A DNA stretch of 64,000 nt from an uncultured Pseudomonadota bacterium (GCA_963847705.1 CAWKBC010000014.1:256001-320000); one strand, 5' to 3'. Numbered from the stretch's first letter, positions 18,701-29,127 are shown. Program-made: numbers and translations. The notes: generated from the sequence alone by a model not told the origin.

Positions 18701-20215
18701 GTGAGCACTCAGGATTGGATCAACCTCATCGCCTGCGTGGGCGAGCTGGCGGTGGCCGCACTGGTCGCCTTGCGGGCCCTGGCGGGCCCTCTGGCCATGC
18801 CGTTGATGTTCGTGAGCGTGGACTTCTTCGTCTGGAACTTCGCGCAGCTCGCCTACCATCGCACCGGCATCGTCGACTGGCACCTCCTCGACATGGTGGC
18901 CTCGCCGATCGCGCTCGCGTTGGCGTTCGATTTTTTGTTGCGGTTCACCGGCCGCGCACGACAGTTTCGCTGGCCGACGCGCGCCGTCTACGCCTATTAC
19001 GGGGCGCTGTCGGCAATCGCGGCGCTGGGGTGGTTCACGGCGATCGGCCGCCGCATCGCGCTCTCCGCGGTCTGGAGCTGGGCCTGGTTGGAGGGGCTGG
19101 GGCCCATTTCGGTGTTCATCTTGATCCTGCTCTTCATTCATCTCCGCCGGGTCGGCACCGTCGAGGAACGCAGCCGAACCCGGCTGCTCTTGGTCGCGGT
19201 GTTCGTCGTCTCGCCCCTGGCATCGACCGAGGTGTGGGCCGATCTCGGCTTCCCGGTCCCCCGCCTGGGCGCCGTCGGCATTCTGTCCTGGACGGCGATC
19301 CTGATGATCGCGGCGCTCCGCTTCCGGCTCTTCGATCGCGCGCTCACCCCCTCGACCGTCCTCTCGGCCACGGTGCTGGCCAGCGTGGGGGGGATCGCCT
19401 ATCTCACGGTGTTCCACATCGCGGGAACCAACACGGCCCTCCTGGTCCTGGGGACGCTGACCGTCACATTGACCTTGCTGGCGGCCACGCGGTTGGTCGT
19501 CGGTGCGATCATCGCGCGGCGAGATCACACGGTCCGCCTGGTCACGCTGGGGAAGATGGCGGCCCAGATGGCCCACGACCTCAAGAACCCGCTGGCGGCG
19601 CTCAAGGGAGCCTGCCAGTTCTTGCGCGAGGAACGCGCCCAGGGCCGCTCGATCGACGATCGCACGGAGTTTCTCGAGCTGCTGGTGTCGCAGATCGATC
19701 GGCTGGAAGGCTCCATCGACCGGTACCAACGCCTGCGCGACATGCAGCCGACGTTGGCGCCGATTCAAGTCAATGACCTGGTCCAGAACCTGGTGGCGTT
19801 GCGCGGCGTGAACAGCGGGTCGCACATCATCGTCAAATCGCAGCTGGCGCGGGATCTCCCCCCGTGCCACGTCGATCGCGACCTGGTTGCCGGCGCGATT
19901 GAGAACCTCCTGCAGAATGCGTTCGAGTCGCACCCCCGCGACGCGAGCGTGACGGTGAGAACCTCGTTGAGCAGCGCGCGCCAGACCAGAGGGATCATGG
20001 TCTCCGTCGAGGACAGCGGTGTTGGAATGAGCGCCCGGGTGCGCGAGCGCGCGCTCGACGACTTCTTCACCACCAAGGAGACCGGCACCGGCCTGGGGCT
20101 TCCCTTCGTTCGGCGTGTCGCGGAGGCGCATGGGGGCGAGATCTCGCTCATCAGCAAGGAGGGCGCGGGAACGACGGTGCGAATCTTCATTCCGCTGGAA
20201 TCGGTGCGATCATGA
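18701..20215 (+). CDS. membrane sensor histidine kinase (multi-TM N-terminus)
   Basis: H-box MAHDLKNPL, N-box NLLQNA, G-boxes DSGVG, FFTTK and GTGLGL. Confidence 0.95.
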   Translation: MSTQDWINLIACVGELAVAALVALRALAGPLAMPLMFVSVDFFVWNFAQLAYHRTGIVDWHLLDMVASPIALALAFDFLLRFTGRARQFRWPTRAVYAYYGALSAIAALGWFTAIGRRIALSAVWSWAWLEGLGPISVFILILLFIHLRRVGTVEERSRTRLLLVAVFVVSPLASTEVWADLGFPVPRLGAVGILSWTAILMIAALRFRLFDRALTPSTVLSATVLASVGGIAYLTVFHIAGTNTALLVLGTLTVTLTLLAATRLVVGAIIARRDHTVRLVTLGKMAAQMAHDLKNPLAALKGACQFLREERAQGRSIDDRTEFLELLVSQIDRLEGSIDRYQRLRDMQPTLAPIQVNDLVQNLVALRGVNSGSHIIVKSQLARDLPPCHVDRDLVAGAIENLLQNAFESHPRDASVTVRTSLSSARQTRGIMVSVEDSGVGMSARVRERALDDFFTTKETGTGLGLPFVRRVAEAHGGEISLISKEGAGTTVRIFIPLESVRS

Positions 20216-21552
20216 GCGAACCCAACGGAAACGTGCTGATCGTCGACGATGACCCCGATGTCGGGAAGGTCATCGAGGCGCTGCTGGTGCAGGCGGGGAT
20301 CTCTTGCCGCTGGGTCCCGGACGCGGAGAGCGCCCTTGCCGTCTTGCGCGAGCGGCCCATGGACGTCGTCCTCACGGATCTGCGCATGCCTGGCGCGAGC
20401 GGCCTCGATCTCCTGGAGGAGATCGTTGAACGCTGGCCGGAGATCCCGGTGGTCCTCTTGACCGCGCACGCCACCCTCGAGGTGGCCGTCGAAGCCTCGG
20501 TCAAGGGCGCGGCGGACTTCCTGCGTAAGCCGTTCGACCGGGAGGAGGTCCTGTTCACGGTCCGCAAGCAGCTCGGTGTCTCGCGGTACGCAACCCATCA
20601 CCCCACCCACGGCGTCAAGAACGACCCCACCGAGAGCGCGTCGCCCAAGATGCGCGAGGTCGAGGATATGATCCGGCGGGCGGCGGCCGGCAATTTCACC
20701 GTCATCTTGCGCGGGGAGAACGGGACCGGGAAGGACGTGGCGGCGCAAGCCATCCACCGAAGAGGGCCCCGGCAGGCGGAGCCGTTCGTCCGCGTCCACT
20801 GCGCCGCTTTCCCGGAGACCTTGATCGAGAGCGAGCTCTTCGGTTACGAGCGCGGCGCCTTCAACGGCGCCGCCTCGCGCCGGTTCGGGCGGGTGGAGAT
20901 CGCCGGCCGCGGGACCCTGTTCCTCGACGAGATCGGCGACGTCTCGCTGCCGGTGCAGGTCAAGCTCCTGCGGCTCTTGCAGGAGCGGGAGTTTGAACGT
21001 CTGGGGAGCAGCCAGACCTTGAAGACGCCCGCCCGGTTCATCGCGGCGACGCATCAGCCGCTCGAAGAGTTGATCGAGCGCGGGAAGTTTCGGGAGGACC
21101 TCTTCTTCCGGCTCAAGGTCCTGGAGATCTGGATCCCCCCGCTGCGCGAGCGTCCCGAGGACGTGGAAGCGCTGGCGCATCGTTTCTGCACGGAGTCGGC
21201 CCACAACAACGGGCGGGGCGAGATGGAGATCTCGGCGCCGGCGATCGCCCTTCTGAGGAATCAGCCCTGGCCGGGAAATGTCCGCGAGCTGCAACACTGC
21301 ATCGAACGGATGGTGATCCTGTCCGACGGTGACCGGCTCACCGTGGCGGACGTCGAGCGGCAGCTCGCCCCCACGCCGTCGGCGCGGGCGAGCAGGCCGG
21401 ACACGCTCCGAGGCAGCGTGGACGGGTTCGAGATGGAGCTGATCCGGAAGGTGCTGCTCGAGGAGGACGGCAACAAGACCAAGGCCGCCGCCCGCCTCAA
21501 GATCAGCCGGCGCACGCTCTACAACCGGCTCGCCGAGTACGGGCTCCTCTGA
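20212..21552 (+). CDS. sigma54-dependent response regulator (NtrC family)
   Basis: Receiver DD..D..K, Walker [21 protein letters not shown] (variant of GAFTGA), WPGNVREL and a Fis HTH. Confidence 0.95.
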   Translation: MSEPNGNVLIVDDDPDVGKVIEALLVQAGISCRWVPDAESALAVLRERPMDVVLTDLRMPGASGLDLLEEIVERWPEIPVVLLTAHATLEVAVEASVKGAADFLRKPFDREEVLFTVRKQLGVSRYATHHPTHGVKNDPTESASPKMREVEDMIRRAAAGNFTVILRGENGTGKDVAAQAIHRRGPRQAEPFVRVHCAAFPETLIESELFGYERGAFNGAASRRFGRVEIAGRGTLFLDEIGDVSLPVQVKLLRLLQEREFERLGSSQTLKTPARFIAATHQPLEELIERGKFREDLFFRLKVLEIWIPPLRERPEDVEALAHRFCTESAHNNGRGEMEISAPAIALLRNQPWPGNVRELQHCIERMVILSDGDRLTVADVERQLAPTPSARASRPDTLRGSVDGFEMELIRKVLLEEDGNKTKAAARLKISRRTLYNRLAEYGLL

Positions 21553-21623
21553 CCGTCCCGTCGCGCTGACGATTCTGGCCCTGCTGCCCCAGGTCGACGA
21601 CAGGCCGGCCACCGCGGTCGTGG

Positions 21624-22536
21624 TCAAGGCTCCGGATCGCGCTCAGCCGCCTCCAGCGCGGCCGACGCCTCCGCCAGGGCGGCGCGCGTGCTCTCGAGGC
21701 GCCGCGCGGCCTCCTTGAGAGCACGCGTGGCCGCCTCGACCTCCCGTTCGTCCCGCGCCCGCGCCACCTGCGCCGTCTCGACCCGCTCTCGAAGGTTCTC
21801 GAATCCGTCGCTTCCGGAAGGCCCGGGCCTCATCCCGCGCGCGCGCCTCATCCCGTGCGCGCGCCTCATCATCCCGTGCGCGCGCCTCGTCCCGCGCGCG
21901 CACCTCATCCTGTGCGCGCGCCTGGTCCCGCGTGCGCGAGGCTTCATGTACCCGCGCCGCCTGGTTGTCCGCGGGGGCGTCGGGCTGGACGCCCTTCACG
22001 GCTTGCGTCGGAGCCGGCGTCCTCGGGCCGGCCGGCAGCTCGGGCGTTCCGGCAAACGGGTTCAGCGCGCTGTCGTCGGCCACGTCGCGCACGAGGCGGC
22101 CGCTCTCGATGAGGGGGCGGCTCTCCGGGCTCGAGATCCCGGCCCGCAGGTCATGCACCACCTGGGTGAGCAGCTCCGGTGTGGGGCGGAACCCAGACGC
22201 GTTCAGGATCTCCTCCGCTTTGAGCCGCAACGCCTTCAAGCTCTCACGATGCGCCGCCAGCACCTCGGCGTAGCGCGGCGCCCCGCCCCGGTTCCCCCCC
22301 TGCAGGCCGGCCGTGGCCTCGGCGAGGCGTCCCACCAGGGCCGGCGCCTGGCGGGCAATCTGGTTGACCGCCCAGACGGAGAGCGTCGGGCGGGGAAGCT
22401 TCTCGACGGTCGCGGCGTCGTCGCGACGTCCGGACGCCTTCAGCTTCTTGACGATCGCCTTCCGTTCCCCGACGAAGTCGGCCGGTCGGACCGAGAAGAG
22501 CCGGCCGATGTCGTCTTCGGTCTCGAGGGTCGTCAC
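21624..22536 (-). CDS. hypothetical coiled-coil protein, apparent 1-base frameshift near 21802
   Basis: N-terminal ORF (KLPRPTLSVWAVNQ) joins the 21624..21947 frame as ...RRIENLRERVET if one base is removed at 21802-21803. Confidence 0.7.
21823..21950 (-). repeat. imperfect 18-bp tandem repeat encoding (E)ARARD
   Basis: About 7 units such as cctcatcccgtgcgcgcg, giving RTRDQARAQDEVRARDEARARDDEARARDEARARDEARA. Confidence 0.8.
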
Positions 22537-22636
22537 GCGTCGAAGGTTACTTCGCCTTCAACTCCCCGGTCACCTCGCCGCCTCTTCCCGCCGAGCTCCA
22601 ACGGTGCCCGGTCAGCGAGCTGGCTCGGGAGCCTGC

Positions 22637-22790
22637 GTACTTCGCCGCTTCGACCCACCAGAGAGCTTGTAGCTCGCGCAACTTTTCGGGATTCGCCTCT
22701 GCCAAATCGTTGGCCGGTGAGAAGTCCGAGTCGACGTTGCAGCGCTCCCAGGCGGCCCTGTTGGGATCGAATCTCTGTGCGGGAACCGAC
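22637..22790 (-). pseudogene. arylsulfatase internal fragment
   Basis: Translates to W..NVDSDFSPANDLAEANPEKLRELQALWWVEAAKY, a typical arylsulfatase segment. The rest of the gene is absent. Confidence 0.7.
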
Positions 22791-22952
22791 CCCCACTCGG
22801 AAGTTTTCGCCATCTCAGCCTCCCCTTCCCCCCGGCGGGCGTGTCTCCCGCGCGCCCTTTCCGCAAAGTGGATCGAGGTTCGAGGACCGCAATGCGGGCG
22901 CGGCGTTCTCAGAGCCTGACCTATCGCGCGGGGTGCCCCCATGGCAGGCCCG

Positions 22953-23408
22953 CTAAGGCCCCGAGCCCCTGGCGACGCAGTCGACCTCCAGCGTCGCGTT
23001 TGCGGTGCAGGGGATGGGCCGGCGACTGTCGGCGATGGAGAGGGTCAGGGTCTGCCTTCCGGCCGTCGTACAGAGGTAGCTCGTCGCCGCCGAGCTGGGA
23101 TTCGCGAAGCGGGCGGCCGGCGACCAGCTGAAGCTGACCGTTTCGCCGCGGTCTGGATCGAACGCCGTCGCGCTGACGCCGATCGTCCCTCCGACGGAGG
23201 TCTGCCTGGGGGCGGCAACCGCCGAGGCGATGCTGGGACATCTGTCGGCGGCGCCGAAGTCGAGGGCGACGTCGACCTCGCCGGTCTCGGCCATGCGATC
23301 TCCGCAACCGAGCAGCAGGAGGCTCGACACCGCGATCGCCAGGGCGCGCACGAATTGACGCTTCGCAAGGATCGCGCCACCGCGCGGGAGGTGACAGGCC
23401 GCGAACAT
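22953..23408 (-). CDS. small hypothetical lipoprotein (PKD/Ig-like)
   Basis: Lipobox LLGC, SATAFDPD..SFSWS beta-sandwich motif, paired cysteines. Start is approximate. Confidence 0.65.
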   Translation of the reverse strand: MFAACHLPRGGAILAKRQFVRALAIAVSSLLLLGCGDRMAETGEVDVALDFGAADRCPSIASAVAAPRQTSVGGTIGVSATAFDPDRGETVSFSWSPAARFANPSSAATSYLCTTAGRQTLTLSIADSRRPIPCTANATLEVDCVARGSGP

Positions 23409-23601
23409 GAGCCGGCCGGCTTGCGTTCGATGACCGATTGTCAGAAAGCCGCCGCCGATTTTCGGTCAACCGTCCCCGGAGCTCCCGTCGACCTTCGCGG
23501 TCAAAGCTTGCCGCCCTTGGCGTCCGGCGTGGCGATCTTCGTTCCGACGGCGGCGGTCAATCCGACGGGCGATCGGTGACCGGCCATCTTCGTCGTCCGC
23601 C

Positions 23602-24279
23602 TCAGAACCAGGCCTGCCAGCGCCCGTCGGCGAAGACGAGGTGCGCGGTGATCGACAGCCGATCGCGCTCTCCGATGAACGGTTGGATTTGATGCAGCCG
23701 GTAGCTGTCGATGACGACCAGATCGCCTGCCGCGTACTCGACGACGGCGCTGGGTGCCTGCGCCGCCGCAGCAGCCACGTCGTCGTCTCCTTCCCAGAGG
23801 GCGTCCCAGAGGCGCAACCCGCCGCCCCGCAGCGGCGGCTGCAGCATGACGATGGCGCTCAGGGCCGGCCGGCGTGCCGCCAGCTCCTCCTCGCACAGTC
23901 CCTCGGTGTCGAAATGGACGTCGCCGCCGTTCTCGGAGAGCCATTCACCGGCCGGGAAGATGTGGACGCCCGGCCCGCAAAAGCCCGGCCGCGGCGCGAC
24001 CGGCGCACCGGCGACCTCCGCCAGGATGGTCCGCATGCGCGCTTGAAGGTCGGGGAGCGCGCGCTCCACCAGCGCATCGGACTCCAGCGCGGTGGCGAAG
24101 TATTCGGCTGCCCGATCCTCTTCCAGGTAGGTGTAATAGGCGTGACCGAGCGTGAACTGGACGCCCTCGAAGCAGGGGGTCCAGTCGGCGCGCGCCGCGT
24201 ACACCTCCTGGACCCAGCGCTCGCACTCCGCGCGCGTCAGGACGCCGCTTTGATGATGAAACCATTCAGCAGGCGCCAT
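23602..24279 (-). CDS. Fe(II)/2-oxoglutarate-dependent oxygenase
   Basis: HFD...GGGL.LWD...LHQI...DRLSIT gives the HxD...H...RxS signature. Start overlaps the upstream gene's end. Confidence 0.85.
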   Translation of the reverse strand: MAPAEWFHHQSGVLTRAECERWVQEVYAARADWTPCFEGVQFTLGHAYYTYLEEDRAAEYFATALESDALVERALPDLQARMRTILAEVAGAPVAPRPGFCGPGVHIFPAGEWLSENGGDVHFDTEGLCEEELAARRPALSAIVMLQPPLRGGGLRLWDALWEGDDDVAAAAAQAPSAVVEYAAGDLVVIDSYRLHQIQPFIGERDRLSITAHLVFADGRWQAWF

Positions 24280-25078
24280 CGAGCCCTCGCTGCAACTGCG
24301 CCAGGAACCGCGGATCGAACACCCCGTCGACGCGGATCGAGTACCGAAAGAACGGATCGGCGGCCACCCCGTGATAGTTGCGATCGTCGAACCAATACGC
24401 GCGCCCCTCCACCGGCAGGGCTCTCCGCTCGTCCTCGTCCCACAAGAAGAGACGCTTGTCGGCGCGCGGGCAGAGCGTGATGAAGTGACCGGCCTGCGCC
24501 TCGTCTTCGCCGTCGCGGTGAATGGTCCCATGATCGTTCGACTGTAGGCCGAGCAGGTTGCAGCGACCGAGGCGCACGAACGGCAACCGTTCGATGAACG
24601 CGACCGTGCGCGGGAAGACCAGGCGGGCCTCCTCGGTGAAGGCCTTTCCGTCGCCGTCGGCCCGCTCCTCCCAGGCGAGGTTGGGAATCAGCTCGTAATA
24701 GACCTTCCACGGGAAGTAAACGCCATGGCGGTATTCGAGGTACAGCATCTGCCGGCGGCTGAGCGGCCAGGGGCGCTCCTCCCCGAACTCGTACTGGTCC
24801 CGCCGATCGAGATCGAAGGCGGCGGACGTGTCGGAGAGGGCAACGAACCGGGCGAACTCCGAACGGGTCATCCGGGCGATGACCTGGCCGTAGTCGAGGT
24901 AGGGATCGTTGGCCGACGAGCGGGGGACGATCCCCATCGACTTGTGGCTGCCGCCGGTGTAGCCGACCGCGACCTCGGTGAGGCCGAGCGAGATCTCGTC
25001 GTCGAGCGCGGCCAGCTCCTCGAGATCGACGTAGGGCTCGAGGTTGACGAAGGGGCGGCCGAGGATTCCGCGAATCAT
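24266..25078 (-). CDS. putative Fe/2OG (cupin/DSBH) oxygenase, Asp/Asn-hydroxylase-like
   Basis: GTIHRDG...AYWFDDRNYHGV...RYSIRVDG gives HxD...H plus a distal Arg. Tightly packed in the operon. Confidence 0.65.
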   Translation of the reverse strand: MIRGILGRPFVNLEPYVDLEELAALDDEISLGLTEVAVGYTGGSHKSMGIVPRSSANDPYLDYGQVIARMTRSEFARFVALSDTSAAFDLDRRDQYEFGEERPWPLSRRQMLYLEYRHGVYFPWKVYYELIPNLAWEERADGDGKAFTEEARLVFPRTVAFIERLPFVRLGRCNLLGLQSNDHGTIHRDGEDEAQAGHFITLCPRADKRLFLWDEDERRALPVEGRAYWFDDRNYHGVAADPFFRYSIRVDGVFDPRFLAQLQRGLDGAC

Positions 25079-25085
25079 CGCCGCC

Positions 25086-26352
25086 TCACCCGCCAAAACC
25101 GCCATGCGCGCGACCCAGCGAGCCGCTGCGCCCGAAGCCGCTGGAAACCGGGTGCCAGCCACCCGGACTGCGGGGACCTGTGGCCATGGGCAAGATCGCC
25201 CGCGGACGGGGATGAAACTGGCATCTCGGTGCGAGCCGCGGCGGGATGACGGGGGCCCAGTGCCCGCCGCTCGCCAGGGGCGAAGGAGATCGCCATCCGT
25301 ACCACCAGGGGAAGCAGCCTTGCGATCCGGGCGAGCCGCCGAAGTAGTACAGCGGCTGAGGTCCGAAGGAGAGCGGAGCCGGCGAGCAGCCGGGGACCGG
25401 TTGCGAGGGCCAGCCGGGCAGCGGCGTCTGTGAGAAGTCGGAGAGCGCCAGCATCTTCACGTCGATCCCACCCTCGTCGAGCGCGACCAGATCGCCGTTG
25501 AGGTCGTCGGCGTCCAGCGAGACCTCGTCGGGCGTCACGTAGAGCAGCCGGCGGAATCCCGGCTGCCTGGAGGGCCTCGCGCGACGGCAAGCCGGCGAAG
25601 TAACGGTTGTCGAACCGCCCGGCGTCATCGGTGTAGGGCGCCAACCGCTGCCGATCGAGGACGAACAGCGGCGCGGCGCTGGCCGAGCGGGTCGGCCGTG
25701 CGCGCTCGAACGACGGCAGGAAGTAGAGCGCCGCGCCGAGGGTCAGGTGCGCAGGGACGACCCCGTCGGGGTGCGGCCAGTTGTCGAGGACGAAGATCGG
25801 GTCGAAGCAGGGCGCGAGCGCCGCCGCCAGCGCCACGGCTTCCGGCCCCGCGACGTCCAGCACGACGGCGACATCGTTCCGGCAGACGCCGTTGTCGAGG
25901 AACAGCGAGAGCAGCGCCCCGCCGCGGCGCCAGGCGACGGCCATCTCGGAGGTGTAGATGGGGCTGATGGCCGCCCGCAGATCGGCGCTGCGCGGCGCTT
26001 CCAGCGACTGAAACAGGGTGGGGACGTAGTAGGGGGCCCAGCGCGGCTCGGCCGGCGAAAGCCGAGGCGTCAACGTCGACAGAGCCTCGCGCCATCCCAG
26101 CCCGCCGCTGACGTCCCGGGGCTGCGCGCCCGGGAAGGCCAGCGGTCGCCCCTCGTCCCCCACGTTCCAGCCGTCCTGCTGCTGCGCCTCGAGCGCGGCC
26201 TGCGTCCGGTCCGGCTCGGTTTCGGAGAGGATATCGGCGCACCCGCTCACCGTGAGGCCCGCGCCGGTCCAGATGAGCGGCGCCGACCAGCCGCTCAAGA
26301 GGCGCGCCAGCGGGCGCGCGCGCAGGGAGGCGCGCCACCAGGAGGTACTCAT
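25086..26352 (-). CDS. hypothetical lipoprotein with Gly/aromatic C-terminal tail, apparent frameshift near 25555
   Basis: Lipobox VSGC. The frame switches from 25075..27342 to 25086..25628 at GGAATCC (AGI|RRLLYV). Ends SSGFGRSGSLGRAHGGFGG. ATGA overlap with the ligase gene. Confidence 0.7.
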
Positions 26353-27605
26353 GACCTCCTCACGATCGTCGGCGCGCAGGTGGCGCGCCGATCCGTGCCG
26401 CCCGATTGCAGGCGGGTGAAGAGCCCGGCGGCGCGACCGCCCACCAGGTAGACCCCGTAGTTGATCGATTGCCCGGCGCGGTCTCGGAGGGGTTGAAACC
26501 GACGTTGCGCGATCCAGCGGGTCGGCAGCGCATCCGCGAGCGCGTCGGCCCAGGCGGCGGGCGTCGTCTCGGCGCCGATCACCACCTCTTCGCCTTCGCA
26601 GCCGTAGTCGGATTTGAGGACCCAGAGCGGCTGCTCCGCGCGCAGGCGGGGCGCCGCCAGCGCTTCCAGCCGCGACGTGAAGGGGAGGTAGCGGCGAACG
26701 ATCCGGCGCGCCGGTTCCGAGAAGCGCGCGAGCTCCTCCCAGAGCAACGCCATCATTCGCTTGTTCTGGGTCAACACGGCGCCGAACGGATTCACCACCA
26801 CGCAGCGGCCGCGCGCGATCGCGCCCGCCAGCAGGTCGAGCGGCTCCGAGAGCGGGGCAGCGTCGCTGTAGGGCGACTCGGAGCGCCAGATCGTGCGCCG
26901 CTCGCCCCACCAGTCCGTCTTGTAGTGGCGCCAGATGACGGAGCAGGAGACCCCGAACAGCGCGACGCCTCCCTGTCCATCCGGGCGCAGATTGAACGGC
27001 GATCCCAGGACGACGCGCGCGCCACGCGACTCGAACCACCGCGCGTACAGCGAGATGACCGAGAGATCGTCGGTCATCTCCGTCGGATAGACGATGCCGA
27101 TGGTCAGCGGGGCCCCCGCGGGCAGGAGCGCGCGCACCATGGCGAAGACGCGGTCGCCGAGGCGGCAGTTCGGATCGTCGAAGCCGGAGGCGCCGGCGCC
27201 GTCGACCACCCGATTGAGCGCCACCGCTTCGGGCTCGCCGCTCGGCGTATCGGAGTTGAGCTCGCAGGCCTGCGGGCCCGCGGCGGTCAGGAAGATGTCG
27301 GCCCGCGCGATCCCGTGCCAGTGCGGCGCGCTCATCCGCCACATGAGCTCGTAGCTCGGAGGGAGATCGAAGAAACGGGCGACCAGGGAGGGATCCTGGA
27401 CACAGAGCGACGCTGCCTCCGCGTGGATCGCGGCGATCCCTTCCGCGGCGGCGTAGAGCTCGCGCTCGGTCGCGCAGTCGATCGCGATGGGCGTCATTTG
27501 AAACCTTGGCGCGCCGTCGATCCAGGGATCACTCAGGATCCCTTCGGCGAGGAGATCGGCGGCGAAGTCGCCGTACGACGTGAGGAGCCGGGGGCTGGTC
27601 CGCAT
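26349..27605 (-). CDS. glutathionylspermidine synthase-like ATP-grasp ligase
   Basis: ARADIF, CELNSDTPSG, RHYKTDW, VVNPFGAVLTQNKRMMALLWE, WVLKSDYGCEG and WIAQ. No amidase domain. Confidence 0.88.
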   Translation of the reverse strand: MRTSPRLLTSYGDFAADLLAEGILSDPWIDGAPRFQMTPIAIDCATERELYAAAEGIAAIHAEAASLCVQDPSLVARFFDLPPSYELMWRMSAPHWHGIARADIFLTAAGPQACELNSDTPSGEPEAVALNRVVDGAGASGFDDPNCRLGDRVFAMVRALLPAGAPLTIGIVYPTEMTDDLSVISLYARWFESRGARVVLGSPFNLRPDGQGGVALFGVSCSVIWRHYKTDWWGERRTIWRSESPYSDAAPLSEPLDLLAGAIARGRCVVVNPFGAVLTQNKRMMALLWEELARFSEPARRIVRRYLPFTSRLEALAAPRLRAEQPLWVLKSDYGCEGEEVVIGAETTPAAWADALADALPTRWIAQRRFQPLRDRAGQSINYGVYLVGGRAAGLFTRLQSGGTDRRATCAPTIVRRS

Positions 27606-27618
27606 GCTCGGCCTACTA

Positions 27619-27635
27619 CGCAATCGGCGCGCCAG
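27619..27635 (-). promoter_or_regulatory. sigma54 -24/-12 promoter of the ligase/oxygenase operon
   Basis: Minus strand cTGGCGCGCCGATTGCg (GG-N10-GC). The predicted TSS lies within a few bases of ATG 27605. Confidence 0.75.
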
Positions 27636-27675
27636 AGCTGAGCCCGAAGGAGAGGGACTTCGCCCGGCGAAGCCC

Positions 27676-27707
27676 GGGGCGAAACGCCCCGCGGGGCAAA
27701 GTGCCTC
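27676..27707. promoter_or_regulatory. tandem palindromic enhancer (UAS) box
   Basis: GGGGC-GAAAC-GCCCC-GC-GGGGC-AAAGT-GCCTC. The same architecture recurs at 31321. Confidence 0.7.
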
Positions 27708-27720
27708 CTTCTGCGGCTCG

Positions 27721-29127
27721 CTATTCTTCGCGAATGCCGTACCGCTCGAGCTTGCGGTAAAGCGTCTTGCGATCGAGCCCCAGGACCTCCGCCGCCCGCG
27801 TGCGGTGGCCGTGCACCGCCTCGAGGACACGGAGGATGTACCGCCGCTCCATCTCTTCCAGCGGTGGCAGCTGTCCAGGATCATCGAGGTCGACGATCAG
27901 CCGCGAGCGCCGGTAGTCCTGGATCGACTCGGGGAGATCGGCGACGGTGATTTCCTCGAACCTGGTCAGCGCCACCGCCCGCTCGATGCAGTTGCGAAGC
28001 TCTCGAACGTTCCCCGGCCAGGCGTACGCCAACAGCTTCTCGGCGGCGGGCGTGGCAATTCCGCTCACGCTCTTCCCGGTCGCCGCGGCGATCTGCTCGA
28101 CCAGCCGCTGCGCCAGCAGGAGGACGTCGTCGCCCCGCGCGCGCAGCGGGGGCAGCTCGATGCGGATCACGTTGATCCGATAGTAGAGGTCCGACCGGAA
28201 GCGCCCACTTTCGATCTCCGCTTCGAGATCGCGGTTGGTGGCGCAGACGATCCGCGCGTCGAACGCGCGTTCGTCGTCGCCGCCCACCGGACGGACGCGA
28301 CGCTCCTCGAGGGCGCGCAGGAGCTTGGCCTGCAGGCCGGCCGGCGCCTCGCCGATCTCGTCGAGAAACAGTGTTCCGCCACTGGCCTTCACCAGGAGTC
28401 CGGCCCGGCTGGAGCGCGCGTCGGTGAACGATCCGCGCGCGTGGCCAAACAGCTCGCTTTCCAGCAGCGACTCCGGCAACGCGCCGCAGTTGATCGCCAC
28501 GAACGGGCCGCTCGCACGCCGTCCCTTGTCATGCAGCGCCCGCGCGACGAGCTCCTTGCCGGTCCCGCTCTCGCCCGTCACCAGGATCGAGGCGTCGGTG
28601 GCGGCGGCGCGCAGAACCGTATCGTACATGCGCAGCATGGCCGGGCTGCCGCCGTGGAGCGCCGTCCCGGCGAGCCGGGTGGCGGTTGCATCCGCTCCAT
28701 CTCCTCCGGCCGCACGCCGCAAGCGCCGGACCTCGGCCTGCAGCCGTCGATAGCCGACCGCGCGCCCGAGCGACAGACCGATCGCCTCGATCTCGAACGG
28801 CTTGGTCACGAAGTCGTAGGCCCCCGAGCGGATGGCTGCCACGGCCGTCTCCAGACTGCCGAAGGCTGTGATGACGACGACGGGCGTGTCGGGACGGTTG
28901 GCCGACACCCAGCTCGCCACGTCGAGGCCGGACATCCCGGGCATGTTCAGATCGACGACGATGGCGTCGAAGTCCGTCTCGTCGAGCAGCGCGAGGGCCG
29001 CGTCGCCGGAGGTTCGAGAGGTCACCGCGAACCCGCGCTTCGAGAGGCCCGCTTCCAGGAGCGTACACATCTCGGGCTCGTCGTCGACGACCAGAAGGCG
29101 TCCGGCGGTTGGACCGCCCGCGCTCAC
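27721..29127 (-). CDS. sigma54-dependent response regulator (NtrC/AtoC family)
   Basis: Receiver domain, [29 protein letters not shown] and a Fis HTH (LGLDRKTLYRKL). Confidence 0.95.
   Translation of the reverse strand: MSAGGPTAGRLLVVDDEPEMCTLLEAGLSKRGFAVTSRTSGDAALALLDETDFDAIVVDLNMPGMSGLDVASWVSANRPDTPVVVITAFGSLETAVAAIRSGAYDFVTKPFEIEAIGLSLGRAVGYRRLQAEVRRLRRAAGGDGADATATRLAGTALHGGSPAMLRMYDTVLRAAATDASILVTGESGTGKELVARALHDKGRRASGPFVAINCGALPESLLESELFGHARGSFTDARSSRAGLLVKASGGTLFLDEIGEAPAGLQAKLLRALEERRVRPVGGDDERAFDARIVCATNRDLEAEIESGRFRSDLYYRINVIRIELPPLRARGDDVLLLAQRLVEQIAAATGKSVSGIATPAAEKLLAYAWPGNVRELRNCIERAVALTRFEEITVADLPESIQDYRRSRLIVDLDDPGQLPPLEEMERRYILRVLEAVHGHRTRAAEVLGLDRKTLYRKLERYGIREE

Noticed and set aside
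21823-21950. Repeat array considered as a CRISPR
   Set aside because: The units are contiguous with no spacers, lie in frame within a coding region, and no cas genes are present.
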